Of a DNA stretch of 39,660 nt, positions 36,173 through 39,660 are shown in pieces (the first letter of the stretch is position 1; every line of letters starts with the position of its first letter). The position numbers and the translations under genes were made by a program. The stretch is from Chiloscyllium plagiosum (taxonomy: Eukaryota), in contig NW_025215141.1 of the NCBI RefSeq assembly GCF_004010195.1, positions 1 to 39,660 on the forward strand. The letters run 5' to 3'. The notes beneath the pieces are model-generated. The model saw only the letters and a list, made by a program, of their open reading frames with translations. It did no database searches and was not told the DNA's origin.

Positions 36173-37193
36173 CTGGAGTATATGGATAAAGAACCGATTG
36201 AATGACAGGAGACCGAGAGTGGTAGCTGAACGGAGCTTCTCGAAATGGGGAAAGGTGACCAGTGGTGTTCCACAAGAATCAGTATTTGGGCCACTGTTGT
36301 TTGTAATATACATAAATGATCTACAAAGGGCACTGTTGGTGTGATCACCAAGATTGCAAACGTCACGAAGTTTGGTGGAGTGGCAGAAAGCATAAGGGAC
36401 TATCAGAGAATACAGGACGATATACATAGACAGGAGATTTGGTCGGAAAAATGGCAGATAGCTTTCAATCTAGGCAAATGTGAGGTGATTCATTTAGGCA
36501 AGTCTAATTCTGAAGAGAATTATAGAATGATTGGAAGAGCCTTGCGAAAAGTTGATGGGCAGAGAAATCTGGGAGTTCAGGTACATTGTACCCTGAAGGT
36601 TGCTGTACAAGTGGATAGTGTGGTCAAGAAATTTTATATTATGCTTGCCTTCATCGGACTGGATATTGAGTATAAGAGATGGCAAGTCATGTTAAAATTG
36701 TACATGATATTGGTTCGGTCGCATTTAGAATATTGTGAACAGTTCTGGGCGCCACATTACGAAAAGGATGCGAACGCATTGGAGAGAGTGCAGACAAGGT
36801 TTACGAGGATGTTGCCTGGTTTGGAAGGTACGAGCTATGAAGAGAGATTGAGTTGGTTCGGTTTATTTTCATTAGAAAAAAGTAGACTGAGGTGGAACTG
36901 ACTGAGGTTTGCAAACTCATGCAGGGTATAGGCAAGGTGGATAGAGACAAGCTTTTTCCCAGTTTGAAGGATTCAGTAGCGAGAGGTCATGCTTTCAAGG
37001 TGAGAGGTGGAAAGTTTAAGGGTGATCCAGGCGGCAAGTACTTCACACAGAGGGTGGTGGGCGTTTGGAATGCGTTGCCAGCAGAAGTGGTGGAGGCAGG
37101 CACGGTAGATTCATTTAAGATACGTCTGGACAGATCACTGAGTAGGTGGCGAGCAGGGGGACACAGATGCTTAGGAATTGACCGACAGGTTTA
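36173..37193 (+). mobile_element. 5'-truncated CR1 (different subfamily)
   Basis: VTSGVPQESVFGPLLFVIYINDL; HLEYCEQFWAPHY; YFTQRVVGVWNALP. Confidence 0.93.
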
Positions 37194-37830
37194 NNNNTCG
37201 CTGTAGCATCTCCGGCCTATCTATCCTCTCAGTGTAACATCTTCTAACTTGCTTTCCTTTTATTGTAACATCACCAGACAGGCTTTTCTATCTCTCTAAC
37301 ATCTCCAGCCTTGCTCTTCTTTCTCTGTAACATCTCCAGGCTTGCTTTCCCCATTCTGTCACATCGCCATCTTTGCGTTCCTATCACTGTAACGTTTCCA
37401 TCTTTGCTTTCCTATCTCTATACAATTTACAACTTTGATTTCCTAGCTCTCGAGACTTTCCAGCCTAGGCTTTTGTCTCTGTAACATGGCCAGCCTTGCC
37501 TCCCTATCTCTGTAACATATCCAGCATTGCATTCCTATCACAACAATATTTCCAGCCTTTCTTTCCAGTTTCAGTAAAATTTCCAGCCTTGCTTTCTTAA
37601 CTTTGCAGCATCTCCAAATTCGCTTTCATTTCAATGTAACATCTCCAGCCTTGCGTTCTGTTCACGGTATCATCCCCAGCCATGCTTATCTCTCTCTGAA
37701 ACCTAATGTCCTACCTCTGAAACATCAACAGCGTTTCTGTCCTCTCTCTGTAACATCTCCAGACTTACTTTCTAATCTGTGTATCATCTCCAACCTTGCG
37801 TCCTATCTCTGTGACATCTCTAGACATGCT

Positions 37831-38102
37831 TTCCCGCCTCAGGCGACTGACTGTGTGGAGTTTGCACGTTCTCCCCGTGTCTGCGTGGGTTTCCTCCGGG
37901 TGCTCCGGTTTCCTCCCACAGTCCAAAGATGTGCAGGGTCAGGTGAATTGGCCATGCTAAATTGCCCGTAGTGTTAGGTAAGGGGTAAATGTAGGGGTAT
38001 GGGTGGGTTTCGCTTCGGCGGGTCGGTGTGGACTTGTTGGGCCGAAGGGCCTGTTTCCACACTGTAATGTAATGGAATGTAATCTAATCTAATCTAATCT
38101 AA
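37831..38102 (+). mobile_element. Young 5'-truncated HE1 V-SINE
   Basis: V-domain tgtgtggagtttgcacgttctccccgtgtctgcgtgggtttcctccgggtgctccggtttcctcccaca; CR1-like tail gggccgaagggcctgtttcc; (aatct)n. Confidence 0.95.
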
Positions 38103-38438
38103 TTAGCTTTTCTGTCCCTCGTGTTTGTCTGACCTTGCTTTCCTATCTATGTAACATGGCCAGCCTTGTTTATCTACCTCTCACATCTCGAGCCGTGCAT
38201 TCCTGCCACTATAACATCTCCAGCCTTGCATTCCCATCTCTGTAACATCTCCAGCCTTGCTTTCCAGTCTCGGTAAAATCGCCAGCCTTGCCTTCCTATT
38301 CCTGTAATATCGGCAATCTTGCTTTTCTTTCTCTTTTAACATCTCCAATCTTCCTTTCCTGTTTCTGTAAAATCTCCAGCCGAGCTTTCCTCTTTCTGTA
38401 ACATCTCCAGAAATGTTTTCTTATTTATATAATATCTC

Positions 38439-39660
38439 ACTTTGAGTGCGAGCAGCAGCTAAGGTAAGACAGTTTGTTTTAAAATTACTTACCGGTAGCG
38501 GGCGGCGGTGTTTTCTTTCTCTTTACAGAAAGAGCGGGAGCAGCAGGGGGAAGTGACGAAGACCAGAGGGGCAGCCGGGTAGGTTTTGTTTCTCTTTAAA
38601 AGCGCGCAGGTGAAGAACCCGAGGCACGCCAGAGGTAGTGTCTCCCACCCGCCCTCCTCCTCTAACCTAAATAATAAGACCCGTTGTGGTAAGTAGGTAA
38701 GTGTTGCATTTTGCTTGTTGTATTTTTTAGACCCAGTTTTTTTTATATAAAAGGTTACTTTCAGAGGGATGGCAGTGAAGGCAGTGCAATGTTCCTCTTG
38801 CAACGTGTATGAGGTGAGGGATACCATGGTCGTCACTGCTGATTGCACTTGCAGGAAGTGCACCCATCTCCAGCTCCTCCAAGACCGTGTTAGGGAACTG
38901 GAGCTGGAGTTGGATGAACTTAGGATCATTCGGGAGGCAGAGTGGGTCATAGATAGGAGCTTTAGGGAAGTAGTAACTCAAAAGATGGCAGATAGATGGG
39001 TGACAGTGAGGGAGATTGGGAGGAAGCAGCCAGTGCAGGGATCCCCTGCGGCCGTTCCCCTCAAGAAAAAGTATACCGTTTTGGATTCTTGTGGGGGGGG
39101 GGGGGACTTACCAGGGGTCAGGCCTCTGGCACGGAGCCTGTCCCCGTTACTCAGAAGGGAAGGGTGGAGAAGAGCAGAGCAATAGTACTTGGGGACTCGA
39201 TAGTTCGGGGCACAGATAGGCGGTTCTGTGGGGCCGAGAGAGACTCACGTTTGGTATGTTGCCCCCCAGGTGCAAGGGTACGTGATGTCTCTGATCGTGG
39301 TCCTTAAGTGGGAGGGGGAGCAGCCCGAAGTCGTGGTCCACATTGGCACCAATGACATAGGTAGGAGGAGCACTGTGGATGTTAGGCAGGCTTTCAGGGA
39401 GCTAGGTTGGAAGCTCAAGTTAGAACGAACAGAGTTGTTGTCTCTGGTTTGTTACCCGTGCCACGTGATAGAGAGACTAGGAATAGGAAGAGAGAACAGT
39501 TAAATGCGTGGCTACAGGGATGGTGCAGGAGGGAGGGATTCTGGTATTTGGATAACTGGGGTTCTTTCTGGAGAAGGTGGGACCTCTATAAACAGGATGG
39601 TCTGCACCTGAACCTGAGGGGCACCAGTATCCTTGGGGGGAGGTTTGCTAGTGCTCTTGG
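38439..39660 (+). mobile_element. 5' end of a young CR1 LINE: CpG-rich 5'UTR and ORF1, continuing past the window
   Basis: Abrupt change from satellite to GC-rich leader, followed by a typical CR1 ORF1. Confidence 0.9.
38769..39660 (+). pseudogene. Frameshifted CR1 ORF1p (zinc finger, leucine zipper, SGNH esterase)
   Basis: CSSC...CRKC, LQLLQDRVRELELELDEL, IVLGDS, HIGTND and DGLHLN, spread over several frames; G13 run at 39093-39105. Confidence 0.9.

Larger units (their letters stand above)
34390..38438. repeat. 31-bp minisatellite array (tctccagccttgctttcctatctctgtaaca) split by TE insertions
   Basis: Segments 34390-34640, 35808-36172, 37197-37830 and 38103-38438; period 31 (for example 38217 and 38248). 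Confidence 0.9.

Noticed and set aside
32005..38438. 31-37 bp periodic repeats resembling a CRISPR array
   Set aside because: Contiguous tandem units without unique spacers, no cas genes, vertebrate context.
38489..38950. 153-aa minus-strand ORF
   Set aside because: Antisense shadow of the CR1 ORF1 coiled-coil and 5'UTR.

Overview
Repeat-dense vertebrate genomic DNA, most likely from an elasmobranch (HE1/V-SINE, shark-type CR1 LINEs and Penelope-derived mini-elements; a carpet or bamboo shark is an inference). I find no intact cellular protein-coding gene. Most of the window is CR1 fragments of different ages, SINEs and a C/T-rich 31/37-bp minisatellite family, with the 5' end of a young CR1 (ORF1: zinc finger, leucine zipper, SGNH esterase) at the right edge. 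Underneath the repeats lie three diverged tandem duplicons (about 400-4660, 9345-13740 and 24065-30267). Each ends in a conserved cassette that I cannot assign to a known TE, apart from a possible tRNA-SINE-like core: two exon-like blocks followed by a ~260-280 nt fold-back whose arm differences are mostly G-U-compatible on the + strand. This is the best candidate for an undescribed system, a paralogous long-hairpin or miRNA-like RNA cluster in a non-coding host. A separate ~900-nt unique segment (20623-21516) has nested inverted repeats and splice signals. All family assignments come from motif recognition by eye; no searches were run.
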